A program made the translations under genes and the position numbers. The notes beneath the pieces are model-generated. The model was given only the letters and a program-made list of their open reading frames with translations. It was not told the origin of the DNA and made no database searches. Shown here one piece after another: positions 29,676 through 38,880 of a stretch of DNA of 64,000 nt; positions within the stretch are counted from its first letter, which is position 1, and each line of letters begins with the position of its first letter. The DNA comes from Candidatus Binatia bacterium (GTDB lineage Bacteria; Desulfobacterota; Binatia; UBA9968; JAJDTQ01), in contig OY762897.2 of NCBI GenBank assembly GCA_963666515.2, forward strand, positions 2,144,001-2,208,000, read 5' to 3'.

Positions 29676-30404
29676 ATGGAAGCGCACGCTGCGAAACGGA
29701 ACGGCGTGGAGAGCGTCTGGCAGGAACTGGTGGAGCTCGTCAACGCGCAGTTCGAGACCCCGCCCTTTCAGCGGCTGCTGGGGCTCCGGTTCTCGCAGGC
29801 GCGTGCCCAGGCCCTGTCCATCCAGATGAAGCACTACGTCGCCAACCGGCGGGACTGCTGGGCGTTCGTCGCCGGCGCCGCCCCGCTGAGCGTCAAGCGC
29901 CTCATCTGGGAGCACGAGGGCGAGGAGCTGATGGGCGACAAGGCCGCGGGCAAGGTGGACCACATCACGCTCGCCGTGCAAGAGGGCAGGATTTTCGGTC
30001 TGTCGCCCGAGGATTACGAGCGCGTACGCCCGCTGGACGCGGCTGTGGCGTGTTTCTACGCGTGGATCCACTTGGCCAAGGACCGGCCGTGGCGCGAGGC
30101 CGTCGCGGCGTCGGCAGTGCTGGAGATGCGCAACTCCGACGACTTGGTGCGCGGCGGCTCGCTGTCCTACCGCGTCGGCAAGAACCTCGAACGGGACCTG
30201 GGGATTCCGCTGAAGCGGCAGATCAACAACGCCGAGCACGTGACCGCGGACGTGGAGCACGGCCAACTCCTGCTGGAAGTGGCGCGCGAACACTGCCACA
30301 CCGAGGAAGAGCAGCAGGCGCTGCTGCGGGGCGCGCGGGAGAGCCTCGTGATCGACCGGGCCTACCGCGAGCAACTCGCCAACATGATGAAGGCGCTGGA
30401 CTAG
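29676..30404 (+). CDS. Heme-oxygenase-like diiron protein
   Basis: HEGEEL...DH, LEMRN, HVTADVEH. Confidence 0.75.
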   Translation: MEAHAAKRNGVESVWQELVELVNAQFETPPFQRLLGLRFSQARAQALSIQMKHYVANRRDCWAFVAGAAPLSVKRLIWEHEGEELMGDKAAGKVDHITLAVQEGRIFGLSPEDYERVRPLDAAVACFYAWIHLAKDRPWREAVAASAVLEMRNSDDLVRGGSLSYRVGKNLERDLGIPLKRQINNAEHVTADVEHGQLLLEVAREHCHTEEEQQALLRGARESLVIDRAYREQLANMMKALD

Positions 30405-30431
30405 GAGCCTGCGCCACAGGAGTCCGACGAC

Positions 30432-31139
30432 ATGCCCGATATCGCGAAGCTCAAGAGCACTCTGAACGAGATGTGCAACCGCCAGTACACAACCGACGAG
30501 TTCCAGGACCTGCTCACGCTGCCCTGGACCATGGAGCGCGGGCGCTACTACGTGGTGCAGAACGCCCTCTACACCAGGAACCGGCGGGACTGTTGGGGCT
30601 ACGTGCAGGCCGCGGCGCCGCTGGACGTCAAGGCGCTGGTGTGGCAGCACGAGAGCGACGAACTGATCAACGACCCGCGCGCCGGCATGGATCACTACTC
30701 CCTGACCGTCAAGCAGGGCGAGGTCATCGGCCTGGAACGCGAGGACTTCGAGAAGGCCGAGTTGCCGCCCATGGCGCAGGCGGCCTTCCTCGCCTGGCAC
30801 CACATCGCCGTCAAGGGGCCGTGGCTGGCTTCGTTCACCTCCTCCCAGATGCTGGAGCGCCGCAACAACCCCGACATCGTGAAGGACGGCGGCATGTCCT
30901 ACCGTATCGGCAAGAAGTTCGAGAACGAGCTGGGCATCAGCCTCAAGCGGATGATCTCGCTCAACGTGCACTCCACCGCGGACACCGAGCACTCCGACAT
31001 GATGGACGGCGTCTACGACAAGCACGTGCGCACGCAGGAGGACTACGACACCGTGCTGCGGGCCGCGAAGCAGTGCATGGCCATCGACCGCGCCTACCGC
31101 GGCGGGCTGGCCTACGTCATGCAGCGCATCGAGGGCTGA
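30432..31139 (+). CDS. Heme-oxygenase-like diiron protein (paralog)
   Basis: HESDEL...DH, LERRN, HSTADTEH; shares NRRDCW and IDRAYR with the upstream gene. Confidence 0.75.
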   Translation: MPDIAKLKSTLNEMCNRQYTTDEFQDLLTLPWTMERGRYYVVQNALYTRNRRDCWGYVQAAAPLDVKALVWQHESDELINDPRAGMDHYSLTVKQGEVIGLEREDFEKAELPPMAQAAFLAWHHIAVKGPWLASFTSSQMLERRNNPDIVKDGGMSYRIGKKFENELGISLKRMISLNVHSTADTEHSDMMDGVYDKHVRTQEDYDTVLRAAKQCMAIDRAYRGGLAYVMQRIEG

Positions 31140-31163
31140 GCGGAGACGCGCAGGGAGACGACC

Positions 31164-32183
31164 ATGAGCCTCGAAGACCTCAACAAGGATCTCGCCACCA
31201 AGCAACTGGCGGGTTTCTGGGCGTCCAACATCACCGACAACGACGGCGAGGTGCTGGAGCCCCGGACCACCGTGGTCCCCTACCTGTGGAAGTGGGACGA
31301 CATCTACAACGGGCTCTTGCAGGCCGGCGAACTGGTGAGCCTGGAACAGTCGGAGCGGCGCACCATCCGCCTCATCAATCCCGGCGTGCCCGGCACCACC
31401 GGCGCCACCAACACGGTGCACACCTCCATCCAGCTCGTGAAGCCGGGCGAGGTCGCCAAGGCCCACCGCCATACCCTGACCGCGCTGCGCTTCGTGCTCC
31501 GGGGCGGCGGCGCTTTCACCACAGTGGAAGGCGAGCGCTTCACCATGCACCCCGGCGACCTGATCCTCACGCCCCAGTGGACCTGGCACGACCACTACAA
31601 CGGCACCGGCGAGAACATCATGTGGCTGGACGGCCACGACGGCCCCCTGCTGAAGGCGCTGGAGGTGATGGCGGTGGAGCCCTTCGGCCAGAAGCAGCAG
31701 CCGGTGGAGGCCATGCCCGACTTCAGCCTGCACCAGTTCGGCTGGGCGCGTCCGCCCGAGCAGCTCTCGGAGTTCCCGGACCCGCCCTTCCGCTATCCGT
31801 GGGAGACCACTTACGAATCGCTGGAGGCGCTGGCGACGAGCCCGGGCGACGAGTGCGACGGGGTGCTGCTGCGCTACGTCAACCCGCGCAACGGCGGCTT
31901 CACGCTGCGCACCATCGGCTGCGAGATCCAGATGATCCGGCCCGGCGAGAATACGCGCTCGCACCGCCACACCAGCACCACCATCTACCACGTGTTCCGC
32001 GGCAGCGGCGCCACCACGATCAACGACCAACGCATGGAATGGACCGAGGGCGACTTCTTCACCGTGCCGCTGTGGTCCTGGCACCAGCACGAGAACGGCA
32101 ACAAGGACGAGGCCATCCTGTTCTCAGTCAACGACCGCCCGGTGAAGGAGGCCTTCGGCCTCTACCGGGAAGAGCGTGCGTAG
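31164..32183 (+). CDS. Gentisate 1,2-dioxygenase-like bicupin
   Basis: ERRTIRLINPG, AHRHT, WTWHDH, SHRHTS, WSWHQH; paralog of 736..1788. Confidence 0.85.
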   Translation: MSLEDLNKDLATKQLAGFWASNITDNDGEVLEPRTTVVPYLWKWDDIYNGLLQAGELVSLEQSERRTIRLINPGVPGTTGATNTVHTSIQLVKPGEVAKAHRHTLTALRFVLRGGGAFTTVEGERFTMHPGDLILTPQWTWHDHYNGTGENIMWLDGHDGPLLKALEVMAVEPFGQKQQPVEAMPDFSLHQFGWARPPEQLSEFPDPPFRYPWETTYESLEALATSPGDECDGVLLRYVNPRNGGFTLRTIGCEIQMIRPGENTRSHRHTSTTIYHVFRGSGATTINDQRMEWTEGDFFTVPLWSWHQHENGNKDEAILFSVNDRPVKEAFGLYREERA

Positions 32184-32211
32184 TATCGGAATCCAAGGAA
32201 GGAGCATTCCC

Positions 32212-33327
32212 ATGAGCAAAGCCGCCGCCATCGACACCTCAACCGGAGCGGAGCGGAACCTGAATGAAGCCTCCGGCTTCGCGCCCATCAGCCCCTACGA
32301 GATCTACCAGCAGTGGGAAGGTATCCCCGTGTACAAGGGGTTCATCATCGACGACCTGCTGGAGCTGGAGCTGGGCGACTGGGCTCGCACCGGCGGCAAG
32401 GGCGCGTTCGTGAACCTCGACGGCGCCGGCGGCACCTGTGACACGGTGATCCAGGAGATCGCCCCGGGCGGGGAGCTGCGGCCGCAGCACCACCTGTTCG
32501 AGGAAGCGGTGTTCATCCTGTCCGGCCAGGGCGCCACCACCCTGTGGAACGAGGGCGGCCGGAAGCACACGCTGGAGTGGCAGAAGGGAAGCCTGTTCTC
32601 GATCCCGCTCAACGCCTGGTTCCAGCACTTCAACGCCCAGGGGCGGGAGCCGGTGCGGATGATCTCGCTGACCGACGCCACCGTGATCATCAACCGCTAC
32701 CGGAACCTGGACTACATCTTCAACAACCCGTTCACCTTCGGCGACCGCTACGCCGGCGACGCCAACGAGTGGGGCAAGCCCGGACGGTATCTCGAAGGGG
32801 TGAAGAAGGGCCGCGTGTGGGAATCCAACTTCATCGCGGACCTGTGGCAGTTCTCGCCCAAGGACTACAAAGAGCGCGGCGGCGGCAACCGCACCACGCT
32901 TTTCGAGTTCGTCGACAACACCATGAGCGCGCACCTCTCGGAGTTCCCCGTGGGCAAGTACAAGAAGGCCCACCGCCACGGCGCCGGCGCCCACATCATC
33001 ATGCTGACCGGCTCCGGCTACTCGTTCCTGTGGGAGGAAGACGCGCCGCGGAAGCGCGTGGAATGGGGCCGCATGAGCATGTTCGTGCCGCCCATCCAGT
33101 GGTGGCACCAGCACTTCAACAACGGCGCCGAGCCCGCGCGCTACCTGGCGCTCAAGCCGTGGGGTTTCAAGTACAAGGTGGAGGAGTTGAAGGACACCGG
33201 CGAGGACGTGAAGAAAGGCGGCGCGCAGATCGAGTACCAGGACCAGGATCCGGAGATCCACCGGGTCTTCGTGGAGGAGTGCCGCAAGAGCGGCGCCGAG
33301 GTGGACATGGCGCAGTTCGGGTTCTGA
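32212..33327 (+). CDS. Bicupin-domain protein
   Basis: PQHHLFEE...WFQHFN and KAHRHG...WWHQHFN; GGAG RBS before ATG 32212. Confidence 0.8.
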   Translation: MSKAAAIDTSTGAERNLNEASGFAPISPYEIYQQWEGIPVYKGFIIDDLLELELGDWARTGGKGAFVNLDGAGGTCDTVIQEIAPGGELRPQHHLFEEAVFILSGQGATTLWNEGGRKHTLEWQKGSLFSIPLNAWFQHFNAQGREPVRMISLTDATVIINRYRNLDYIFNNPFTFGDRYAGDANEWGKPGRYLEGVKKGRVWESNFIADLWQFSPKDYKERGGGNRTTLFEFVDNTMSAHLSEFPVGKYKKAHRHGAGAHIIMLTGSGYSFLWEEDAPRKRVEWGRMSMFVPPIQWWHQHFNNGAEPARYLALKPWGFKYKVEELKDTGEDVKKGGAQIEYQDQDPEIHRVFVEECRKSGAEVDMAQFGF

Positions 33328-33351
33328 CGGACTGCCGGGGACGGGCGGCCT

Positions 33352-35166
33352 CTAACGGTCTTCCCGGAGCCGGCGCCGCAGCGCCTTGGTGGCTTCGGGG
33401 TCCACCTCGCTGGCCTCACCCTCCAACGCCACGCCGTAGATGCTCCTGGCCGCCTCCTCGGAGACCGCGCCGTCCATCACGTCGGCCCGCACCCGGCCGG
33501 GCTCCCGGGCCAGCGGGTCGCCGTAGCCGCCGCCGCTGGCCACCCGCATGTAGAGCACGTCCCCTTCGTTGAACTCGAAGTTGCAGTACGGCAGCACCCG
33601 TTCCGTTCCGCCGACCTCGTCCAGGTCCACGGCGTTCCGGTCCCGCTCCATGACCTCGCGGACCCGCGTTCCCTCCCTCAGCACGATGACGCTGGGGGCT
33701 CCGGGATAGCCGCCGTACATGCCGTGGCCGGAGTTGCGGAGTCCCGCCACCCCGTAGGCGACACCCCCCAACCTCCCCTCTCCCGCGTCGTGGGGCGTGT
33801 GGGCCGTCTCCACCGCCAGTCCGCCCCGGAACTTCCCCGGACCCGCGGAGTCCGTCGCGTGGCGGCGGAACAGGTAGAGCACGGGGAAGTTCAGCTCGAA
33901 CCATTCGGCGTTGGGACAGTTCATGTAGGTGCCGCCGGAGTCGATGCCGTCGCGGTAGACCCGGGCGCCGTTGCCGTCCATGGCGCCGTGGGCGAGGTTG
34001 AACACGCAGTAGCGTCCGTACTGGTTCACGCCGGAGTGCTTGCCGTTCCGGTGGCTGGCGTTGGGGGTCACGATCTCTTCCTTCCAGCGTTCGTGGGTGC
34101 CGAGCATCTGCATCAAGACCGAGCTGGCCAGGAAGCCCACGCCGAAGCCGCAAGAGGTGGTGTTCATGGACACCGGAGCCGGGTACCGGACGTTCACCAG
34201 AGTCCCATCGGGGGCGATGACCTCCAGCGGCCTCAGCACGCCGTGGTTCTTGGGGAGATCGTACACCAGCGTGGTCAGCACCGCGGCGAAGCAGAACCCG
34301 GCGGTGCCGTGGAGCGGCAGGTTGACGCCGGTCGAAGCCTGGGGATCGGTGCCGGTGAAGTCGAAGACCAGCCGGTCGCCGCGCTTGCGCAGCGTGACCT
34401 TCATGCGCCAAGTCTCCTGCGCCTCCAGCGCCAACTCCTCGGTCCACTCGCCGTCCTCGAACGAGGCGATGCGCTCCCGCAGGATCGCCTCGGTGTAGCG
34501 GATCATCTCGTTGCCCACCGACTCCAACAGCTCCGGACCGTAGTGGTCGTACATCTCGCCCAGCCGCGCCTTGGCCACGTTGTTGGCAGCGATCTCGCAC
34601 TTGAAGTCCAGGCCAACCATGCCCGGCTGGCGGGTCATGTTGGTCAGCGTGTCGAACACGTCCTGGCGCAGCCTGCCCCGCTCCACCAGCTTGATGCCCG
34701 GGACCCGCAACCCCTCGTGAAAGATCTCGGTAGCGTCGGGGGAGTCGCCCCCCGGCGAATTGGCGCCGACGTCGTTCACGTGGACGAAGGTGGCGCTCCA
34801 GGCCACCAGGCGGCCGCTGTGGTGGATCGGCGCAATGACGTAGACGTCGGATTGATGGATGGCGGCGAGGTAGGGATCGTTCAGCAGGAAGACGTCGTCC
34901 TCGAACACCTCATCGGGCGGAAAGCGCTCGATGATGCTCTTGACCGCGCAGCTTGCGCAGGCCACGTGCTGCCCCAGTGTAGCGCCGGCGCAGAGGATCT
35001 CCCCGTCCGGGCGGTAGAGGGAGGCCATGTAGTCCCGTTGCTGCGTGGTGTTGACGGTGCCGCCGGTGCGCTCCAGGGTGATGCCCATCTCGCGGGTCAC
35101 CTGGTGCAGACGGTGCGAGAGTATCTCGAAGGTCACGGGATCGACGCCGCGGATTCGCGTGTCCAT
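33352..35166 (-). CDS. Hydantoinase B/oxoprolinase family subunit (second copy)
   Basis: DPVTFEI, NDPY, HVNDVG, EGLRVP, GGGYGDPL.R. Confidence 0.9.
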   Translation of the reverse strand: MDTRIRGVDPVTFEILSHRLHQVTREMGITLERTGGTVNTTQQRDYMASLYRPDGEILCAGATLGQHVACASCAVKSIIERFPPDEVFEDDVFLLNDPYLAAIHQSDVYVIAPIHHSGRLVAWSATFVHVNDVGANSPGGDSPDATEIFHEGLRVPGIKLVERGRLRQDVFDTLTNMTRQPGMVGLDFKCEIAANNVAKARLGEMYDHYGPELLESVGNEMIRYTEAILRERIASFEDGEWTEELALEAQETWRMKVTLRKRGDRLVFDFTGTDPQASTGVNLPLHGTAGFCFAAVLTTLVYDLPKNHGVLRPLEVIAPDGTLVNVRYPAPVSMNTTSCGFGVGFLASSVLMQMLGTHERWKEEIVTPNASHRNGKHSGVNQYGRYCVFNLAHGAMDGNGARVYRDGIDSGGTYMNCPNAEWFELNFPVLYLFRRHATDSAGPGKFRGGLAVETAHTPHDAGEGRLGGVAYGVAGLRNSGHGMYGGYPGAPSVIVLREGTRVREVMERDRNAVDLDEVGGTERVLPYCNFEFNEGDVLYMRVASGGGYGDPLAREPGRVRADVMDGAVSEEAARSIYGVALEGEASEVDPEATKALRRRLREDR

Positions 35167-35209
35167 GCAGCTCCTCGTTCCTCGCCCGGCACAGTCGTAA
35201 CCGGGCTTT

Positions 35210-35238
35210 CTGGATTCCGGCTTTCGCCGGAATGACGG
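35210..35238 (-). repeat. CGTC-type REP palindrome
   Basis: Reverse complement of CCGTCATTCCGGCGAAAGCCGGAATCCAG; same element as at 38672-38700. Confidence 0.75.
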
Positions 35239-35240
35239 GA

Positions 35241-37358
35241 CTACTGGCCGATGAGCAGCCTGACGTTGCGGTACTCGTCCATCACCGCCCGGTCGCCGGG
35301 GTTTATCACGATGGTGGTCACCGGCGTCTCGATGACGGCCGGTCCGGCGATCTCGTTTCCGGGTTGCAAGGGTTCGAAGCCGTACACCGGGGTCGCGCGT
35401 GATTCCTCGTACTCCTCGAAGAAGACCTTCCGGCTCCCCTTGACCGCTCCGCCTGCATCGCCCGACGACAACGGGTAGCGCTGCGGCCGGGGCTTGTCCA
35501 GCGCGCCGGTGGCGGTGAGCCGGAAGTTCATGATCTCCTTGCCGGCCTCGCGGTAGCCGGAGCCCTGGCCGTAGGTCCGTTCGTACAGGTCGTCGAAACG
35601 TTCGTACACGCCCTCCAGCTCCTGCTCCGAAAGCGGCTCCGCGCCCTCGGGCATACCCACGTTCAGCTCGTGCACCTGGTAACGGTACCGCATGTCAAGG
35701 CTTCTCTCGATGCGGACGCCCTCGCCCTCGAATCCGGCGGCGGCCAGGTCCGCGCGGGCGCGCCGCACCAGCTCGTCGAAGTTCCGGTTGACGCGCCCGC
35801 GGTCCGCGGGAACCGGCAGCCGGTCTGACTTGCCGTACTGGTAGACGATGTCCGAGCTGACCAGGCCGGTGGCGCTGTGCACCGACGCCGTCAGCGGCAC
35901 CACTACCTGCTTGATGCCCAGCTCCGCGGCGTAGCGGGCCGCGTGCACCGGCCCGGCGCCGCCGAACGCGAACAGGGTGAAGTCACGAGGGTCGTAGCCC
36001 CGCTCCACCGTGGCCCGCCGGATGAGGTCGCTCATGTGGGCGTTGATGATGCGGAAGATGCCGGCGGCCGCGGCCTCCACGGACAGTCCCAGGGGCTGTG
36101 CGACCTTCTCCTCGACGGCCCGCCGCGCCCGTTCCGCATCCAGCGACATGCGCCCGCCCAGGAAGTAATCCGGGTTGAGGTAGCCGAGCACGAGGTCTGC
36201 GTCCGACACCGTGGGCTCGGTCCCGCCCAGGCCGTAGCAGGCGGGACCGGGCTGCGCGCCCGCGCCGTCCGGCCCCACCTTCAGCAATCCGGTCTGGGGG
36301 TCCGTCCAGGCGATGCTGCCGCCGCCCGCGCCGATGGACTCCACCCATATCTTGGTGGCGTAGATCTGGTGGCGCAGCAGCACGGGCTTGTAGTCCATCT
36401 CGATGGCGCCGTCCCGGATCACGCTGACCTTGAAGGTGGTGCCGCCCATGTCCGTCGCCAGGACGTCCGGCAAGTCCATGAGCCGACCGAGCCATGCGCT
36501 GCCGGAGACCCCGGCCGCCGGCCCGGACTCGATCGTGCCGATGGCGTTCCGGGCGGTGGCGTCCACGCCCAGCACGCCGCCGTAGGACTGCATGATGAGC
36601 GGCTCACCGTCGAGGCCCCGATCCCGGAGCCTGCCGCCCAGCCGCTTGATGTAGGCGGAAATGCGCGGCCCTATGCAGGCATTGAACACCGTGGTGGCGG
36701 TGCGCTCGTACTCGCCCAGGTAGGGGGCCACCTCGCTGGAGAGGCTGAGGAAGACCCCGGGGTGCTTTTTCGTGACGATGTCGGCGACGGCCCGCTCGTG
36801 GCTGTCGTTGGCGACGGACCAGATGAGGCTCACGGCGACCGCCTCCACGCCCTGCGACGCCAATTCCGCCACGGCCTTTTCCACTTGGCCCGAGTCGAGC
36901 CGCACCAGCACCGCCCCCTTGTAGTCCACCCGCTCGTCAACCTCCTTGATCAAAGGCCGAGGCACCATGGGTTCGGGCTTGTCGAGGATGGAGAGATGGA
37001 AGATCTCGGACTCTGGAACGCCGTCGGTGAAGCGCCCGCGCATGATGCGCAACGTGTCCGCGAACCCCCTGGTGGTGATCAGGCCGGTGACGGCCCCGGA
37101 GCCGGTGATGAGCGCGTTGTCGCCGATGGTGCAGGCATGGAAGAACAGCCGGGTGGATGCGAGAAGCTCGCCTTCGTCCGCCAACCCCAGGCTCTCGGCG
37201 GCGTTCCGCACCGCGTTCAACGCGCCCACCGAGTAGTCGTCGGGCGTGGAGAGGGCCTTGCCCACCGTCATTGTGCCGAGCTCGTCCATGGCGACGCAGT
37301 CGGTGAAGGTGCCGCCGATATCGACGCCGATGCAATACCCGGTTTCAGACTTAGACAT
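35241..37358 (-). CDS. Hydantoinase A/oxoprolinase family subunit (second copy)
   Basis: GVDIGGTFTD, SGPAAG, DMGGTT, IGAGGGS. Confidence 0.9.
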   Translation of the reverse strand: MSKSETGYCIGVDIGGTFTDCVAMDELGTMTVGKALSTPDDYSVGALNAVRNAAESLGLADEGELLASTRLFFHACTIGDNALITGSGAVTGLITTRGFADTLRIMRGRFTDGVPESEIFHLSILDKPEPMVPRPLIKEVDERVDYKGAVLVRLDSGQVEKAVAELASQGVEAVAVSLIWSVANDSHERAVADIVTKKHPGVFLSLSSEVAPYLGEYERTATTVFNACIGPRISAYIKRLGGRLRDRGLDGEPLIMQSYGGVLGVDATARNAIGTIESGPAAGVSGSAWLGRLMDLPDVLATDMGGTTFKVSVIRDGAIEMDYKPVLLRHQIYATKIWVESIGAGGGSIAWTDPQTGLLKVGPDGAGAQPGPACYGLGGTEPTVSDADLVLGYLNPDYFLGGRMSLDAERARRAVEEKVAQPLGLSVEAAAAGIFRIINAHMSDLIRRATVERGYDPRDFTLFAFGGAGPVHAARYAAELGIKQVVVPLTASVHSATGLVSSDIVYQYGKSDRLPVPADRGRVNRNFDELVRRARADLAAAGFEGEGVRIERSLDMRYRYQVHELNVGMPEGAEPLSEQELEGVYERFDDLYERTYGQGSGYREAGKEIMNFRLTATGALDKPRPQRYPLSSGDAGGAVKGSRKVFFEEYEESRATPVYGFEPLQPGNEIAGPAVIETPVTTIVINPGDRAVMDEYRNVRLLIGQ

Positions 37359-37373
37359 TACGGCCCGATTTTC

Positions 37374-38573
37374 CTACCACGCTCTTTCGAGCACCGTCAG
37401 GACTTCCTCGGGATCCGTTACCGGCCTGGGGTTGTAGATGATGTTCGGCGACACGATGACCTTTTTCGCGATGTCCGGGAGGTCGTCGCGGGGGACGCCC
37501 ACGTCCCGGAGCCGGGTGGGCAGGTCCAGGTCCCGGATCAGGCCGGCCACCGCGGACTGCGCTGATTCGGCAAGCTCGTCGTCGGTGGCGCCCTCGCCGC
37601 CCAGGGCCCGGCCAAGGGCCGCCTGGGCGCTTTGGCTCACGGAACGGTTGAACTCCATCACGTGGGGCAGCATGACGCAGGAGGTATGGCCGTGGGCGAC
37701 GCCGTGGGCGCCGAGCTGCCAGCCGATGACCTGTGACAGGCCCTTGTGCACGCCACGTCCGTGGAAGCCCACGCCCACCAGCGCCACGTGGCATTGGGTG
37801 AAGGCCTCCAGGTCCTCCGGGTTGTCCTTGCAGCGGGGCAGGTAGCGGTAGAGCAGCTCGCCGGCCTTGAGGCACATGTTGTCCACCACCGGGTTGCGGT
37901 CCACGGTGTAGAGCTTCTCCACCACGTGCTCCATGGCCTTGAGGCCGGTGGCACACCACAGGCCGGCCGGGGTGGATGAGGCGATGGCCGCGTCGAGGAT
38001 CACGGCCCTGGGCACGAGGTCGGGATGCCTCACGTGGTCCTTGAACTTCCGCTCGGGCCGGTTGATGGTCACCGACCACGTCGCCTCCGAAGCGGACAGG
38101 GTGGTGGGGATCGCCACCTGGGGGATCGGCGGGCGAGGCAATGCCGTCAGCCGCTGGTTGTCCGGCGAGGCCACGTAGCCGTCCAGTTCCTCGACCGATT
38201 CGAGGCCCTGGGCGAGTATGAACGCCACCGCCTTGCCCCAGTCGGCGACGCTGCCGCCGCCCACGGTGACGATGACGTCGGGCTCCACCTCGCGGGCCTG
38301 CCGCGCCGTGTCGAAACACAGCCAGTCGGGGGTGAACTCCGCGCTGTCGCTGCGGACCGCCGCCACCATGCCGCCGAGCCCGTCCACAATCCTGTCCACC
38401 CATTGCGTGCGCTTCTTGAGCGAACCGCTGGTCAGGAGCAGTGCCCGGGTGCAGCCCATCTCTTCCAGCAGCCCTCTCAGGCGCTCGTGGGAGCCGGGGC
38501 CCCAGATTACATGGTCCGGCACCGCGGCGCGGTCGCGCCATTCGCCCTGGAGATCATTGGCTGCCGTCGTCAT
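37374..38573 (-). CDS. Iron-containing alcohol dehydrogenase / maleylacetate reductase-like protein
   Basis: GGGSVAD..K, AIPTTLSASE, GVAHG, LPTRLRDVGV; GGAGG RBS. Confidence 0.8.
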   Translation of the reverse strand: MTTAANDLQGEWRDRAAVPDHVIWGPGSHERLRGLLEEMGCTRALLLTSGSLKKRTQWVDRIVDGLGGMVAAVRSDSAEFTPDWLCFDTARQAREVEPDVIVTVGGGSVADWGKAVAFILAQGLESVEELDGYVASPDNQRLTALPRPPIPQVAIPTTLSASEATWSVTINRPERKFKDHVRHPDLVPRAVILDAAIASSTPAGLWCATGLKAMEHVVEKLYTVDRNPVVDNMCLKAGELLYRYLPRCKDNPEDLEAFTQCHVALVGVGFHGRGVHKGLSQVIGWQLGAHGVAHGHTSCVMLPHVMEFNRSVSQSAQAALGRALGGEGATDDELAESAQSAVAGLIRDLDLPTRLRDVGVPRDDLPDIAKKVIVSPNIIYNPRPVTDPEEVLTVLERAW

Positions 38574-38672
38574 GGATGAACCTCCCCTCTCCGGTTCGGG
38601 GATGGTTGCACGCCCGGTTGATGGCGTCAAACCGGGTCATTCATGACCATGAAATAGCGCCCAGGTGTTCCC

Positions 38673-38809
38673 CGTCATTCCGGCGAAAGCCGGAATCCAG
38701 ACGGGGCGAGACTGTAGCCTGCACCGTCGCCTCCTCCCCTGGATTCCGGCTTTCGCCGAAATGACGGAGAAGAAGTCCAGAATGACGGGGAGGGGATACG
38801 GAATGACGG
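38673..38809. repeat. Inverted REP pair (BIME/REPIN-like) with trailing GAATGACGG partial repeats
   Basis: CGTCATTCCGGCGAAAGCCGGAATCCAG (38673-38700); inverted copy at 38739-38767; GAATGACGGG at ~38780 and ~38800. Confidence 0.75.
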
Positions 38810-38880
38810 GTTCAATGTGAAGGCACGGGCTTGCCACACCCGGATGACTGTGCGAGAAGTGAGGGCCGGAGGGAACGATC

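Noticed and set aside
29643-32215. Very long alternative ORFs (815 aa minus, 721 aa plus)
   Set aside because: Shadow frames of real genes in GC-rich DNA; Arg/Gly/Pro-biased or antisense, with no motifs
38673-38809. Spaced short repeats suggesting a mini-CRISPR
   Set aside because: Units are inverted or partial REPs, spacers are too short, and there are no cas genes
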